A DNA stretch of 64,000 nt from Okamejei kenojei (taxonomy: Eukaryota). Location of the stretch: contig CM069161.1 in NCBI GenBank assembly GCA_035221665.1, forward strand, positions 2,666,001 through 2,730,000, given 5' to 3'. Below, one piece after another: positions 36,745 through 49,572 of the stretch (the first letter of the stretch is position 1; each line of letters begins with the position of its first letter). The notes beneath the pieces are model-generated. The model saw nothing but the letters and a program-made list of their open reading frames with translations, had not been told where the DNA came from and ran no database searches. Made by a program: the position numbers and the translations under genes.

Positions 36745-37750
36745 TTATGTGCCATTTCAATTCTCCTTCCCTCTCCCACACCGACTTGTCTGTCCTAAGC
36801 CTTCTTCAGGGTAGAAAACAGCACCTTGTATTCTGGTTGTGTAGTCTACAACCCTACAGTATGAAAATTGGGTCCTTTTCAATTATTTTTGATTGGCAAT
36901 GCCTGTCTCCGATCCAACATAATTCTTCCAACATCCTCACACCCGATCCCATCCTCCTGACACACAGTTTCATTTCCTTTCACCATCTGTTTTCAATCTG
37001 CCTGTAATCACTTCCCCCACACACACCTTAACCTGCCTGGTCTCCTCACCCTTCCTACTATTGTTTCCATCTGCCCATCATTCCTCCTTTCTCTGGTTCC
37101 ATTTATCACCTTACTCATCAGATATCAGCATCTGTAGTGTTTTATGTCTCCACGTTTCACCTTTTGTCACATCCTTCTCCGTCACCAACCCCTCCCCCAC
37201 TTGAAACCATCTCCTTTATTTCTCTTGAAGAAACAACAAACTGCAGATGCTGGTTTACAAAAAAAAGGCACAAAGTGCTGGAGTAACTCAGCAGGTCAGG
37301 CAGCAAGATAAGAGAACATGGATAAGTGATGTTTCAGGTTAGGAACCTTTTTTAAACCGATCTTCAATCTGAAGAAGGTTCCTGACCCGAAACGTCACCT
37401 ATCCATGATCACCAGGGATGTTGCCTGACCTATTGAGTTACCTCAGAACTATGTGCCCTTTTATTGCTCTTTCCTTATCTTTGTCTACATATCACCCAGC
37501 TATTGTGATCCACTTTCTCCGCCCCTCCCACGAGCCCACCTGGCACCATTATCCCTGCCCCTCACCTGGTTCCACCTAACATCTGCCAGCCCATGCCTCA
37601 TCTCTCTCTCTCTCTCTCTCTATACTGGCTATCTGCCCTCTCCATTCTTAGTCCTGTTGCAGGGTCTGGACCCAAAACGTTGAGCATCCCATGCCTTCCA
37701 CAGATAAAGACTATCCCACTGATTTTATCTTGCAGTTTGCTTTTTTACTT
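36745..37750 (+). mobile_element. Old Penelope 3' fragment with a nested fold-back pLTR element (~37230-37455)
   Basis: HFNSPSLSHTDLSVLSLL...KQHLVFWLCSLQPYSM peptide, C/T-rich spacer and a decayed hammerhead at ~37650-37685. Confidence 0.7.
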
Positions 37751-37819
37751 CCCCTTTATACTTTTCTCAGGCAGCAGGTAACTCAATTAGCTATTGGCAC
37801 AGATATGACTTTAGTTTAA

Positions 37820-38010
37820 GGGTACACAAAAGGCTGGAGAAACTCAGCGGGTGCAGCAGCATCTAAGGAGCGAAGGAGATAGGCGACGTTTCGGGTCGAG
37901 ACCCTTCTTCAGACTGGTCAGGGATCAGGGAAACGAGAGATATAGACGGTGATGTGGAGAGATAAAGAACAATGAATGAAAGACATGCAAAAAACTTTAA
38001 CAAAAAACAG
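37820..38010 (-). mobile_element. Penelope pLTR unit
   Basis: Minus strand CTGAAGAAGGGTCTCGACCCGAAACGTC. Flanking duplication GACTTTAGTTTAA. Confidence 0.85.
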
Positions 38011-38011
38011 A

Positions 38012-38326
38012 CTTTAGTTTAATTTAGTTTAGAGATACAGCACGGAAACAGGTCCTTCGGCCCACGGAGTCCGCACCAACCAGCGATCCCCGCACACTAA
38101 CACTATCCTACACACATTAGGGACAATTAATATACATACCAAGCCAATTAACCTACAAACCTGTACGCCTTTGGGGTGTGGGAGAGAACCGAAGATCTCT
38201 GAGAAATCCCACGCAGGTCACGGGGAGAATGTACAATCTCCTTACAGACAAGCACCCGTTGTCAGGATCGAACCCGGGTCTCTGGTGCTGTAAGGCACCA
38301 ACTGTACCGCTGCGTCATCGTGCTGC
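38012..38326 (-). mobile_element. tRNA SINE (HE1/V-SINE-like)
   Basis: Reverse-complement full copy with a (TTTAG)n tail. Confidence 0.85.
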
Positions 38327-38379
38327 CTGCTCAAGGTTGATTGAGTGAGGCTGTTTGCAGTAAAAGAATGTCTGGCGAG

Positions 38380-40330
38380 TGGGAGACTTCTAAAAGTGAG
38401 AAAGGAAGAATTCAAGGCCAGTATGTTCCTGTTAGAATGAAGGTCAAGGCTGACAAGATTAGAAAAAGGAGGCATATGTCAGCTACAGGCAGCTGGAACC
38501 AACCTAGATCCTTGAGGAGAGTAAAGGATGTCTGTGTACATTTAAGATGGATTTAGAAGGGCAAAAATAGTATAGTAAGAATAAAAGGATACCGAGGGAG
38601 AGAGCCGGTCCTTTAAGGATCAGAGTTGTAACCTCTGTGTAATGCCTGCCGGAAATAGCCGAGGTCTTAAATGAATATTTCTTGTCTATATTTTCCATGG
38701 GGAAGGGCATGGAACTACTGAGTTTAGAGGATGGAACAACAATATCCTGACGAATACCAACATTATGAAAGAGGAAGACCATACGATCACGCGATAGGAG
38801 CAGAATTAGGCCATTTGGCCCATCAACTCTACTCCACCATTCAATCATGGCTGCTCTATCTCTCCCTCCTAACCCCATTCTCCTGCATTCTTCCCATAAC
38901 CTCTGACACCTGTGCTGGTCTTGAAATGTATTACATTGGATAAATCCCTTGGGGCTGACCAGGCATGTCCTAGGATATTACAGAAAGCAAGGGAGGGGAT
39001 TGCTGGGGCCTTGGTAGAGGATGATAGCCACAGGTGTGCAACTGGTAGCCTCGAGGATGTTTAATGTCATGCCTTTATGTAAGCAGGGAATGAGGATAAG
39101 CCATGGAACTAAAGGCCAGTGAGCTTAACATTTAATTATGGCAGCAATCCTGAGAGACAGAATGTATTTGCATTTGGAAAAGCGAGGACTGATTAGAGGT
39201 TGCCAGCATGGCTTAATGCGTGGGAAATTATGTTTCCATTAATTTAATTGAGTGTTTTGAGGAGGAGACCGAGTGAATTGACAAATGCGGGTTGGTAGCC
39301 AGTGTTTACATGGACTTTAGCAAGGCCTTTTACAAGATCGTGCATGGTAGATTAGAATACATGGAATCCAGGATAACATAACAATTGGATGCAATTGGGG
39401 TGGAGGCAGATGGTGACAGTGGAGGGTTGTTTTTCGTATTGGAGGCATTTGCCGTAAAGATTAGTGCCGGTCCTCTGTTGTTTGTCTTATATATATGATT
39501 TGGATGAGAACAGACGAGACATTATTAATAAATTTACAGATCACATCAAAATTGGTGTTACGGTGAACAGTGAAGAAGGTTATCTATGGTTGCAACAAGA
39601 TCTCAATCAATTGGGAATGTTGGGAAGTAACTGGCAGATGCAATTTAACTCGAACAAGTGTGAAATATTTTTTTGGGGGAAATTAAACTAGGGCTGGACA
39701 TAAACAGTGAATGGCAGGGCCTTGAGCAATGTTGTTGAACAATGTGACTTTGGGGCACAATTCCTAGTTCCCTGAAAGTGGCAACGCAGGTAGACAGGGT
39801 GGTAAGGGAGGCTTGCGGAGGCAGTGAGGGCAAGAGTTGGGACAGCATTTTACAGTGGTACAAAACTTTGGTTAGGCCACACTTGAAGTATTGTGTGCAG
39901 TTCTGATTGTCAGAAAAGATGTGATCAAGCTAGAGAAGGCACAGGAAAGATTCACAACGTTATTACCCGGATTGGAGAGCTTGAATTATGAGAGATAGTC
40001 TGCCTCTAATTTCCCTGGAGCAAAGAAGGCTGAGAGGAAAATATATATATTTCCTCTCATCCTTCTTTGCTCCATATATATATAATATAACTAAGAGAGA
40101 CATAGAAAGGGTAGATGGCAAAAGTCTGTTTCCCATGGTAGGGGTGCCCAAAACTGGAGGGGATAGGGATACATAGAGGGAGAGAAGGTTTAAAGGAGAT
40201 CTGAGGAGTAAATTGTTTGCACAGTGTAGTTGGTATCTAGAACACCAGAGGTGGTGGAGGGGGCAGGAACAATAACAACATTTAAGAAGCATCTGGGCAG
40301 GCACTTGAAGGGTCCGTTTCTCTGCTCTAC
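38380..40330 (+). mobile_element. Old CR1 ORF2 remnant with a nested antisense CR1 tail (~38780-38910)
   Basis: Peptide remnants VYMDFSKAFYK, YIYDLDEN..INKFTDHIKIG, WQMQFNSNKCE and YKTLVRPHLKYCVQF, with many stops. Confidence 0.8.
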
Positions 40331-41523
40331 AGCTCCGTGACTCAACTGGTGAAAAGTTGATTTTGGTTACAAACAAGCACATCAAATAAGATCAATAAGG
40401 TGCAGCTTGATTTTAGTCGGCTAAAATCCTCAAACTATTTGTATCAAAGTAGGCAAATGGACTTGAGATACGGATTAGCTGTGATCTAAGTGGGAGGTGG
40501 AACAGGCGTGAAGAAGTAAAGGCCTCCATGGATATTGAGTGCTTTGGACTGTCGCCAATAGGAGCATTTCTGTTTTATTGCTGGAAGGAGCTGCTGATAC
40601 AAATGCATTGTAAAATATACATTTCACACTTGGTTTAGATATCCTGCATTGCCAGAAAGTGTCGGGTCAAATCAGATGTCAGAATTATTATGCTCTGTAT
40701 AATGTATTGACTGATGTGCGTGATTTCTCCGGTACGTGGCCGTGAATATGTGGCGTGTGTTGCTTGCAAATAATTCCTTTCAGGTTCCTGTCGGATCTTA
40801 CTGAGAATCAAACCCTAAAATAAATAATGGCTACAACTCTTCAGGACGAGCTGAATTCTCAGCGATCAGAATTGAATGCTCTGGAAATTTAAGTTGGTGT
40901 AATATTTACTCTCTACAAGAAGCATCCAATAAACTGAGCATAAATTGGAGGAGTTGTTTTTGAATGAGTTGCATTTTAAACCAATAAAATAGTCCCCTAC
41001 TGGTGAATGTCTGCCATTAATTTGACACTTTAATGGACGTTCCATGCATTTGAAATTCATATTTTGCTGACTTATTAGTTGAAATTCATTTATAATCCAT
41101 GCATTTTTTTTTACAGAATTTTGCAAAAGGAAAATACTTTTTAGGGCACACATAGGATTTACTACCAATGAAATGCTTTTAAATTTCAGTCTCTGTTGAG
41201 ATAAAGGAAACATTAGATTGTTTAATTAATAAATAAAATACTATCATTATCTTCGGCTGTGTGACTCTCACCTGTGTTTCTGGGGCACACAGCAGTTTAA
41301 GTGTAGCTTGCACTTTGCTGATTACTGCAATTATAATCAATGTCAGACATAAAATCATACAGTAGCTATTAAGGAAAGACATTGTTCAGTTTCCTCATTC
41401 ACATGTGACAGAGGCATCACATGAGAACCACTATAAAAATGTGAGAAGATATCACAGATTTTCTAATATATCCCAAAGTGGCTGTATTAACCGATGAAAA
41501 GCAATTAACCCTGAAATATTGCC

Positions 41524-43558
41524 CCTGTTTGGAGTCTGTAGACTGGGCAATGTTCAAGGACTCGGCAACGGACTTGAATGAATATGCCACAGTCGTTACT
41601 GACTTCATTAAGAAATGTGTGGAGGACTGCATCCCTACAAAAACATTCCGAGTGTTTCCCAATCAGAAACCTTGGATGAACTGTGAGATCCGCACTCTTC
41701 TGAAGACCAGACACCGGTCATTTATGTCTGATGATACAGTGGTCTATAAGAAGTCCAGATACGACCTTGGTAAGGCCATCAAAAAGGCCAAAAGGGAGTT
41801 CTGCTCCAAACTGGAGGATGAGACAGATGTTCGGCAGCTGTGGCGGGGACTGAATGCAATCACCTCCTACAAGGCGAAACCAGGAGGCAGCTCGGATGTC
41901 GGCGATACATCACTCCCTGAGGAGCTCAATGCATTTTACGCACGCTTTGATAGGGAGAACACCGATGTGCCTTCCCGAGCCCCCATTCGCTGTGGTGGTA
42001 TTTCAGTCTCAGTCACAGAGGCCGACGTCAGGAAATCCTTCAGAGGGGTGAACCCTCGAAAAGCGTCTGGACCTGATGGCATACCTGGTTGTGTTCTAAA
42101 AACCTGTGCGGACCAACTGGCTGGAGCTTTTACGGACATTTTCAACCTGTCACTTCTGAGGTCTGAGGTTCCCACCTGCCTCAAAAGGGCATCAATAATA
42201 CCGGTGCCCAAGAAGAGCAAGGTGACATGCCTCAATGACTATCGACCTGTGGCACTAACGCCTGTGGTGATGAAGTGCTTCGAGAGGTTGATCATGGCGC
42301 AAATCAACTCCTACCTCGACAAAAACCTGGACCCACTGCAGATCGCTTACCGCCACAACAGATCAACGGTGGACGCGATCTCGCTGGCCCTCCACTCCAC
42401 TCTGGACCACTTGGACAACAAAAACTCATATGTCAGGCTGTTATTCATTGACTACAGCTCGGCATTTAACACAATCATCCCCTCCAAGCTGGTTACCAAA
42501 CTCACAGAACTGGGTCTCTGCGCATCCCTCTGTTCAACCACAGTACAACCACAGTCTGTTCGTATTGGAGGAAATGTGTCAGACTCGATAACAATCAGCA
42601 CGGGAGCACCTCAAGGCTGCGTGCTCAGCCCCCTGCTGTACTCACTCTATACTCATGACTGTGTAGCCGGTCATAGTGCGAACTCCATCATCAAGTTCGC
42701 TGACGACACCACTGTTGTGGGACGTATCACTGATGGGGATGAGTCGGAGTACAGAAGAGAGATCGAGCGACTGTCCATATGGTGCCAGCACAATAACCTG
42801 GCCCTCAACACCAGCAAAACCAAGGAACTGATTGTGGACTTTGGAAGGAGTAGGATGGGGAGCCACAGTCCTGTTTATATCAATGGAATGAAAGGGTCAA
42901 GAGCTTCAAATTCCTGGGCGTGCACTTCTGTGAAGATCTTTCCTGGTCCGAGAACACAGATACAATTATTAAGAAAGCTCATCAGCGCCTCTACTTCCTG
43001 AGAAGATTAATGGAGTGTCGGTCTGTCAAGGAGGACTCTCTCTAACTTCTACAGGTGCACAGTAGAGAGCTTGCTGACCGGTTGCATCGTGGCTTGGTTC
43101 GGCAACTTGAGTGCCCTGGAGATGAAAAGACTACAAAAAGTAGTAAACACTGCCCAGTCCATCATCGGCTCTGACCTTCCTTCCATCGAGGGGATCTACC
43201 ACAGCCGTTACCTCAAAAAGGCTGGCAGCATCATCAAGGACCCACACCACCCTGGCCACACACTCATCTCCCTGCTACCTTCGGGTAGAAGGTACAGGAG
43301 CCTGAGAACTGCAACGACCCGGTTCAGGAATAGCTACTTCCCCACCGCCATCAGGCTATTAAACCTGGCTCGGACAAAACTCTGAACATTAATACCCCTC
43401 CATCTGTTATTTGCACTTTATTAATTTATTAATTAATGTGTGTATTTAAGTATATAATTGCAGTCAATGCCTACTATGTTCTGTTGTGCTGAAGCAAAGA
43501 AAGAATTTCATTGTCCCATCAGGGCCACACGACAATAAACTCTTTTGACTTTCACTTT
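41524..43558 (+). mobile_element. 5'-truncated Rex1/Babar non-LTR retrotransposon (RT domain largely open)
   Basis: ORF 41478-43001 carries KASGPDGI, NDYRPVALT, FIDYSSAFNTI, GAPQGCVLSPLLYSLY and KFADDTTVVG. Small deletion after LCASLC and frameshift at ~42890. C-terminus in ORF 43071-43385, tail ACAATAAACTC-TTGACT. Confidence 0.93.
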
Positions 43559-43626
43559 GTTCTTCTCTTCACCAGTGCTGCCCGACCCAATTATTAGTTC
43601 CACCATTTTCTGCTTTTGTACCAGAT

Positions 43627-43906
43627 GGGGCGGCACGTTAGTGCAGTGGAAGAGCTTCCTGCCTCAATGAGCCAGAGACCCGGGGTGCTGCCTGTGTGGT
43701 TGGCTCATTCTCACTGGGACCACGTGCGTTTTCTCCAGGTGCTCCAGTTTCCTCCCCCATTTTAAGGACGTATAGATTTGTAGGTTAATTGGCTTCTATA
43801 AATTGCCGCTAGAGTGTAGGATAGAACTGATGTACGGATTGACCGCTGGTCAGCACGGACTCGGTGGGCCGAAGGGCCTGTTTCCATGCTGTATCTCTAA
43901 ACTAAA
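43627..43906 (+). mobile_element. tRNA SINE (HE1/V-SINE-like)
   Basis: Family head and body, 3' GGGCCGAAGGGCCTGTTTCCATGCTGTATCTCTAAACTAAA. Confidence 0.85.
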
Positions 43907-44439
43907 GGAAAAGAAATTCCAGTATCTGCAGTATTTTGTTCTTGTGAACTTTTTTTGATGATCCAAGACTGGATATCATCAGTTATAGTCCCCAGAGATG
44001 GAGAAGTGAAGAGGGAATCATTTATAAATGGTGGATAAAGCCACCATTGCTGCATTGAACCATAAGAGACAACTAGTCCCAAATCTGTGGCCAATCAGCG
44101 ACTGCTTAGTGACATTGAATAAAAGCCCTGCAGATGCTGCAAATTTGAAATAAAATCTAAAAATGGTGGAATTCCACATAGGGGTTTTAATGTCGAGTGT
44201 GGGGCGATGCAGGGATTCAGATCTCTTTGTTTGACCAGAGTGGAGATAGGGGAGAGTATGTGGGGGTCCGAGCTCTGGCTGTGCTTCATGGTAGAAACTT
44301 CTCTGAGAACCGCTACCATGTCGTGGTGGGGAAGCTCACGAGAGCTCCTGGCACAGTCACCCATGGCAGGCAGGTCAAGGGAGAGGTTCCTGACGAAGCG
44401 CGGTCGAAGGAGAAGACCGCAACAGTAAACCCGGTGGAG

Positions 44440-44750
44440 CATGGTGACTGGCCAGCAGATGGAGCATCACGTCGGTCGCGAAGGCAGAAGAAAGCTGCAG
44501 TAGTGAGAGACTCCCAACTGTGGTGGAGTCCATGCGATTGGACCAGGGTCTGTCTCTGTCAAGGGCCAGTCTCACCGCATTGAAATCTATCACTGCAAGT
44601 GTCCACCTGGACATCCCATCTACACCTGCGATAAAGGCTGAGGCTCCAGGATTGAGATCTTCGGACATCTCTAGACCCACAGGAAGGAGCCACAAGGAGA
44701 ACAATCATACTCAACATCGAGTGACCACTGATGATGATGTTGATGATAAG
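44440..44750 (+). mobile_element. RTE-like LINE 3' remnant
   Basis: TCDKG*GSRIEIFGHL*TH resembles the RTE C-terminal C2H2-like motif, followed by a (GAT)n tail. Confidence 0.55.
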
Positions 44751-44989
44751 CATCCAATAGTCTGAGCATCCGAGCTCCAGTGTTCACAGCAGGGCAGAGA
44801 TGAGGCCTCCCGTGGTCCAAGTCCAAGCCAGGTTTAGGGAGTGTGTGCGGACCTGAGTTCTTGTAGGGATGTCTGGGTCTATGAAAATGTCCGTTGATTA
44901 TTTACAACAGCCCTATTTAGTTACCATCCTGAAACATGCCACACACAATGAGATTTTCTATAAGATATTTGGACAATCTTGCACACCCG

Positions 44990-45335
44990 ATTAGTTTTCC
45001 CTGGAATGTTGGTGGTTGAGGGGTAACCTCATAAAGGCATATAAAATCATGAGGGGCATACATAGGTGAAATGGACACATTTCAGTTGGGTTGGGGATTC
45101 TAAAGATAGAAGGCATATTATACCGGAGAGGACAAAGATTTAAAGCTGACCTGAGGGCAACTTCTCTCACAGAGAGTGGTGCTTACATGGAACGAGCTGC
45201 TGGACGATTGGCTACAATTACAATTTGTTAAAAGGCATTTAGACAGGTACATGGATAGGACAAATGGGACTGGCTCAGGTAGACAGTGATGAGTTGGGTC
45301 AAAGAGTCTGCTTTCATGCTGTATAACTGTATAGC
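44990..45335 (+). mobile_element. CR1 3' fragment (decayed)
   Basis: GGTTGAGGGGTAACCTCATAAAGGCATATAAAATCATGAGGGGCAT...CATGCTGTATAACT. Confidence 0.75.
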
Positions 45336-45344
45336 TCCATGATC

Positions 45345-45480
45345 CTGTCTAAAACAAGGCATCCTTGACAGTGCGGCACTCCCTTGGTACTGCTGAACAT
45401 CAGGCTAAATTATTGGCTTAACTGCTTGGAGTGCGACTTAAACTTCCGAACATGATTCAGGTTGGCAGTGTGATCACTAG
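45345..45480 (-). mobile_element. SacSINE1/Deu-like SINE relic
   Basis: GGCATCCTTGACAGTGCGGCACTCCCTTGGTACTGC...GGAGTGCGACTTAAAC matches the recalled Deu-SINE pattern. Confidence 0.55.
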
Positions 45481-46524
45481 GTAGAAGTCATTAAGAGGTC
45501 AGGAGTTTTATTGGCTGTTTCCCAAAAAACCCTCAAATGCATCTGGCATGGTGCTCTCTCCACTGGTGCAGTGTTTGTATGTTGTTCCATATGGCCAGGG
45601 CCTGTACTAATGATATACTAGCTGTGTTCTGGCACAACCTTAAATGTCAGAACAGTAGGAAATATTCTGCCTTCCATGCAAATATGTTCATCCATAACAC
45701 ACTGTTACGTTTCTTCATTCCAAAAATAGGATCATGGAGAACAGGCAATTTTCCACAGCCTGAGGGGGGTATTTAATATTTATGCTATTTTGCAAAGCTC
45801 ATTCAACAAGCAAATGTCAACCTGCTTCCATTTCTATTCTAAGTGATATTAATCAACTGGATGCACATGCTAAGTAAAGATCAATTTGTGAAGCAAGATG
45901 GTTAAGGACACCAGCTGTGTCTGTGCCCAGCCTCTTGCATCATACCGCCAGGCACAACAGTCCGTTTGCTTCCGGCTGTTCTGCTTCCAAAACCTTTGAT
46001 CTCACAAAAGCCTTCTAATCTGTCCACACCGGGGCATTGCGAATAATCCTCCTCAAATTTGGATGCTCTAAAATTTCGTCACCAACCTCGTCTACTTCAC
46101 GATGATGGGCAAGTTGTGATCATCATCAAGTGATCCACCAAAGAGCCAATCCAAGTGCGAACTAGGGTAGAGCAAGGTTATATCACCACCCCAATCCTCC
46201 TACACCATGCAAACAGGCCCTTCTGCCCACCGAGTCCATGCTTACCATCAATTACCTGTTTCTAAATTATCCCACTTTTGCATCCACTCCCTACACACTA
46301 TGAAATCTACAAACCTGCATGCCTTTGGGATGTAGAATGGACATTGGAGCACCCAGAGAAAACCCACGTGGTCACATAGACAATTCTGAGGAAGATCTGA
46401 GGAATGGTCTCGACCCAAAACATCACCTATTCTTTTGCTCCAGAGATGCCGCCTGACCTGCTGAATTACTCTAGTTTTTTTGTGTCTGACTTCGATGCAA
46501 ACTCTACCTTGAGGTCAAGAGATA

Positions 46525-47542
46525 TTTGAGTAGCATGGCAAGCAGTACCTGGTTCTTGTCGACTCGATATTCCGGCTGGTTTGACATCGATATTCTTAGT
46601 AGCCCCGCTTCTCACGGGGTGGTTCTAAAACTCGCTCGCCATTTTGCAGACCACGGAGCTCCTTGTCAACTGCTATCTGATAACGGCAGTCAATTTTACC
46701 AGCCAGCACTTCAACTAATTTGCTGCACGCTGGGGTTTTCTCCACATCACCAGCAGCCCTGAATATCCTCAGTCGAATGGACTGGCTGAACGGGCTGCCA
46801 GGAATGGGATGATCCCACAGAGGTAATTCCGATGTGTACCTGGACCTGCTCAACCTGCGCAACATCTCCAACGACCCGATCTTAGGTTCACCTACTCAAC
46901 GTTTATTATCACGACAGACCCGAGCCACAGTGCCTGTAGTAGATCAGGCGTTAATCCCGCAGGTGGTCCCACCACCAACATTCAAAAACAGTGGTATGAC
47001 AAAACAAGCAGACCGCTGCTACGATTAACCAAGGGGCTGGTGGTTCGTTTGCAAACCGACAAAGGTCATGACCGTATCGGTGTGATTTCAGAAACTGCCT
47101 CTGAGCCACGCCCATATTTGGTCAATGCTGATGGCGGCACCTGCAGACGTAGGAGGCAACATATCCTGCCTGTGACTGAGCCAGCTCCACCTCCGTACTA
47201 TCCCAACCGTACAAGCGTACTTCCATTCACGTCCCGCGGCATGGGCCCACCTGCACCAGCACAACAACCTGTTTCTGAAACGGTTACTTTGCCAATGGCG
47301 ACGCCTCCTCCGCCTGTACCAAAGTCCCCTGTTTCGTCACCAGGAATGCTGTTTCAATCTACGCCACCAATTATACCACCGACTCTGTCCCCGATGGTGA
47401 AGAACGGAAATGGTTTATATAGCACGTGCTGATTGTGCTGCAAGCCCACCGTAAAGTACCCGGGCTACGTTTGACTTTCCTCCAGCTTATTATCATTTAC
47501 TATGCATGCCTTATTTAGTCAATAGTTTTGTATTTATATTTC
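46525..47542 (+). pseudogene. Gypsy/Ty3 integrase C-terminal fragment and 3' UTR
   Basis: YSGWFDID, HFADHGAPCQLLSDNGSQF, SSPEYPQSNGLAERA, GSPTQRLLSRQTRATVPV and EPRPYLVNADGGTCRRRRQHILP. Confidence 0.88.
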
Positions 47543-49364
47543 TTTTTTTGTTTGTTGTTTGTTTATTTTTGTTAGAAGTAAGTACAATAGTATGGTACTT
47601 GAGTACCTAATACATACATACATATTTCCATTCTTGTTCAACTTCGTATTATTAATTTAATAATAAAAGAACAGTGAGAGAAAAAAGAAATAAAGAGTGT
47701 CGGAATAGATAGACAAGCGAGTAGAAACAGATAACAAAAGAAATAAAGGACAGAGATGAGAAGCTAAAAAGATTGAAAAAAAAGGAGAAAGTAGAGGAAA
47801 GAGAGATTAGGAGAGATCTACCTATTTCGTATTTTTGCCCATCCGTCGCCCGGTTCTAAACCATTTAATTTCTAAGGTTATGTTATGTTGCACCATCTAC
47901 TTGTAAAAAGTTGATAAAAGGAGACCAAGTCTTTAAGAATTGGTCTACTTTGCCTAGTAGGAGGAATCTCATTTCTTCAAGATATAGCATTTCCGACATA
48001 TTTGAAATCCACATGTTGAATGTTTGCGTGGTTGCGTTTTTCCAAAATTTGAGTATGATTTTTTTGCTGTTATTAAACCGTAATTAAGAAAAGCTTCTTG
48101 GAATATAGTTAGTTTACTTCCCTCTTCCATTGATCCAAATATAATCAGTTCTGTATTCGGGTTCAATTTTGTGTTAAATAGTTTTCTAAAAATTCCAAAA
48201 ATTTCATTCCAAAATTTATGCAGTTTTGTACAAGAGACAAAGGAATGTGCTATAGTGGCATTTTGAGTTTGACATTTATCACAGATGGGGGAAACATTTG
48301 AAAATATTTTAATCAGTCTAGTTTTCGAATAGTATAATCTATATAACATTTTAAATTGAATTAGGTTATGTCTTACATTAATTGAACATTTATTTACACA
48401 TAATAGATTTTTTTCCCATCTATCATTTGGAATTTTTATCAATAACTCTTGTTCCCAGTCCCTTCCAATTGCCTCTGTCGTTGGTGTTTCTATATTTCAA
48501 ATTATATCATATAAGTAAGATATTAAATTGCTTGATTCTGCCTTTCTATTCATTCCTTCCTCTAATAAATCTGGGGTTAAAGTTTGATATCCTTGTATAT
48601 ATTTTTTCAAATAATCTTGAATTTGAAGATATTTGAAATATTGATTACTTTTCAAATTATATTTTAGTTGTAATTGTTGGAATGATAAAAGTTTTCCCAT
48701 TTCATACATATCTCCCATCGTTTTAATTCCTATTCTTTCCCATTGATTAAATGTTTTATCAATAATAGATGGTTTGAATGAGGGATTATTAGTTATTGGA
48801 GAAAGAAGCGATAGTTTTCTTGATTTTAAAGTTAATTTTATTTGTTTCCAAATTCGTATTATACTGTGCATAATTGGATTTTTCTTATATATTATATTGT
48901 TCAGTTTCATCAGGGAAAGAAGGATTGCTCCTATGTTATAAGGGGAACAATCCTCTTTCGCCATTCTTATCCAATCTACCTGTGGGCAGAACTGCCCAAC
49001 CAGTAGATTATATTTTTAATATTCACTGCCCAATAGTAATACAATACGTTAGTGAGTGTCAATCCCCCTGATTCTTTAGATTTACACAAGTGTTTTCTTT
49101 GAATTCTGTGTGATTTATAATCCCATATGAAGTTTATAATATCAGAATCTAGTTTTTTAAAGAATTTCTTTGGTAAATATATTGGTATTGATTGAAATAG
49201 GTACAGTATTTGTGGTAAGAAGATCATTTTTATTGCATTTATTCTGCCTATTAAGGACATCGGCAGTGTTTTCCAAAATTTAATCAACCCCTTTAATTTA
49301 GTTAATAAAGGCATATAGTTTGCGTTAAGTAGTGATTTATATTTCCTAGTAATTTGGATGCCCA
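47543..49364 (-). mobile_element. 5'-truncated L1 LINE (ORF2 C-terminus, 3' UTR, A-rich tail) nested in the Gypsy 3' UTR
   Basis: KYMGIQIT, SLIGRINAIKMIFLPQILYLFQSIP, SKESGGL..YYWA and Cys motif ICDKC..ATIAHSFVSC. TSD TATATTTC at 47535-47542 and 49365-49372. Confidence 0.92.
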
Positions 49365-49379
49365 TATATTTCATTCTTT

Positions 49380-49572
49380 AAGAGGGAGGGTGTAGATCAG
49401 TGTCACTCATGTTATGGGTCATACTGTGGCTCTGCCCACAGGATTAAAATAAAGCCCCTTTCCCTTTCTCTCTTAATTTTGAGCTGTATGTTAAAATGAA
49501 GTTACCTATGCTGAATTGCTAATAAAATAATTTGGATCCTAATCACTGTGTGTGAGTAATGTCAATGCAACA
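49380..49572 (+). mobile_element. Gypsy polypurine tract and ~182-bp 3' LTR
   Basis: PPT AAGAGGGAGGG (49380-49390) directly followed by TGTAGATC. AATAAA inside, and the LTR ends TGCAACA at 49572. Confidence 0.7.

Noticed and set aside
41478-43001. Intact host gene or domesticated RT
   Set aside because: It is a 5'-truncated Rex1 copy lacking the endonuclease, with a deletion and a frameshift, and the start codon lies in flanking DNA.
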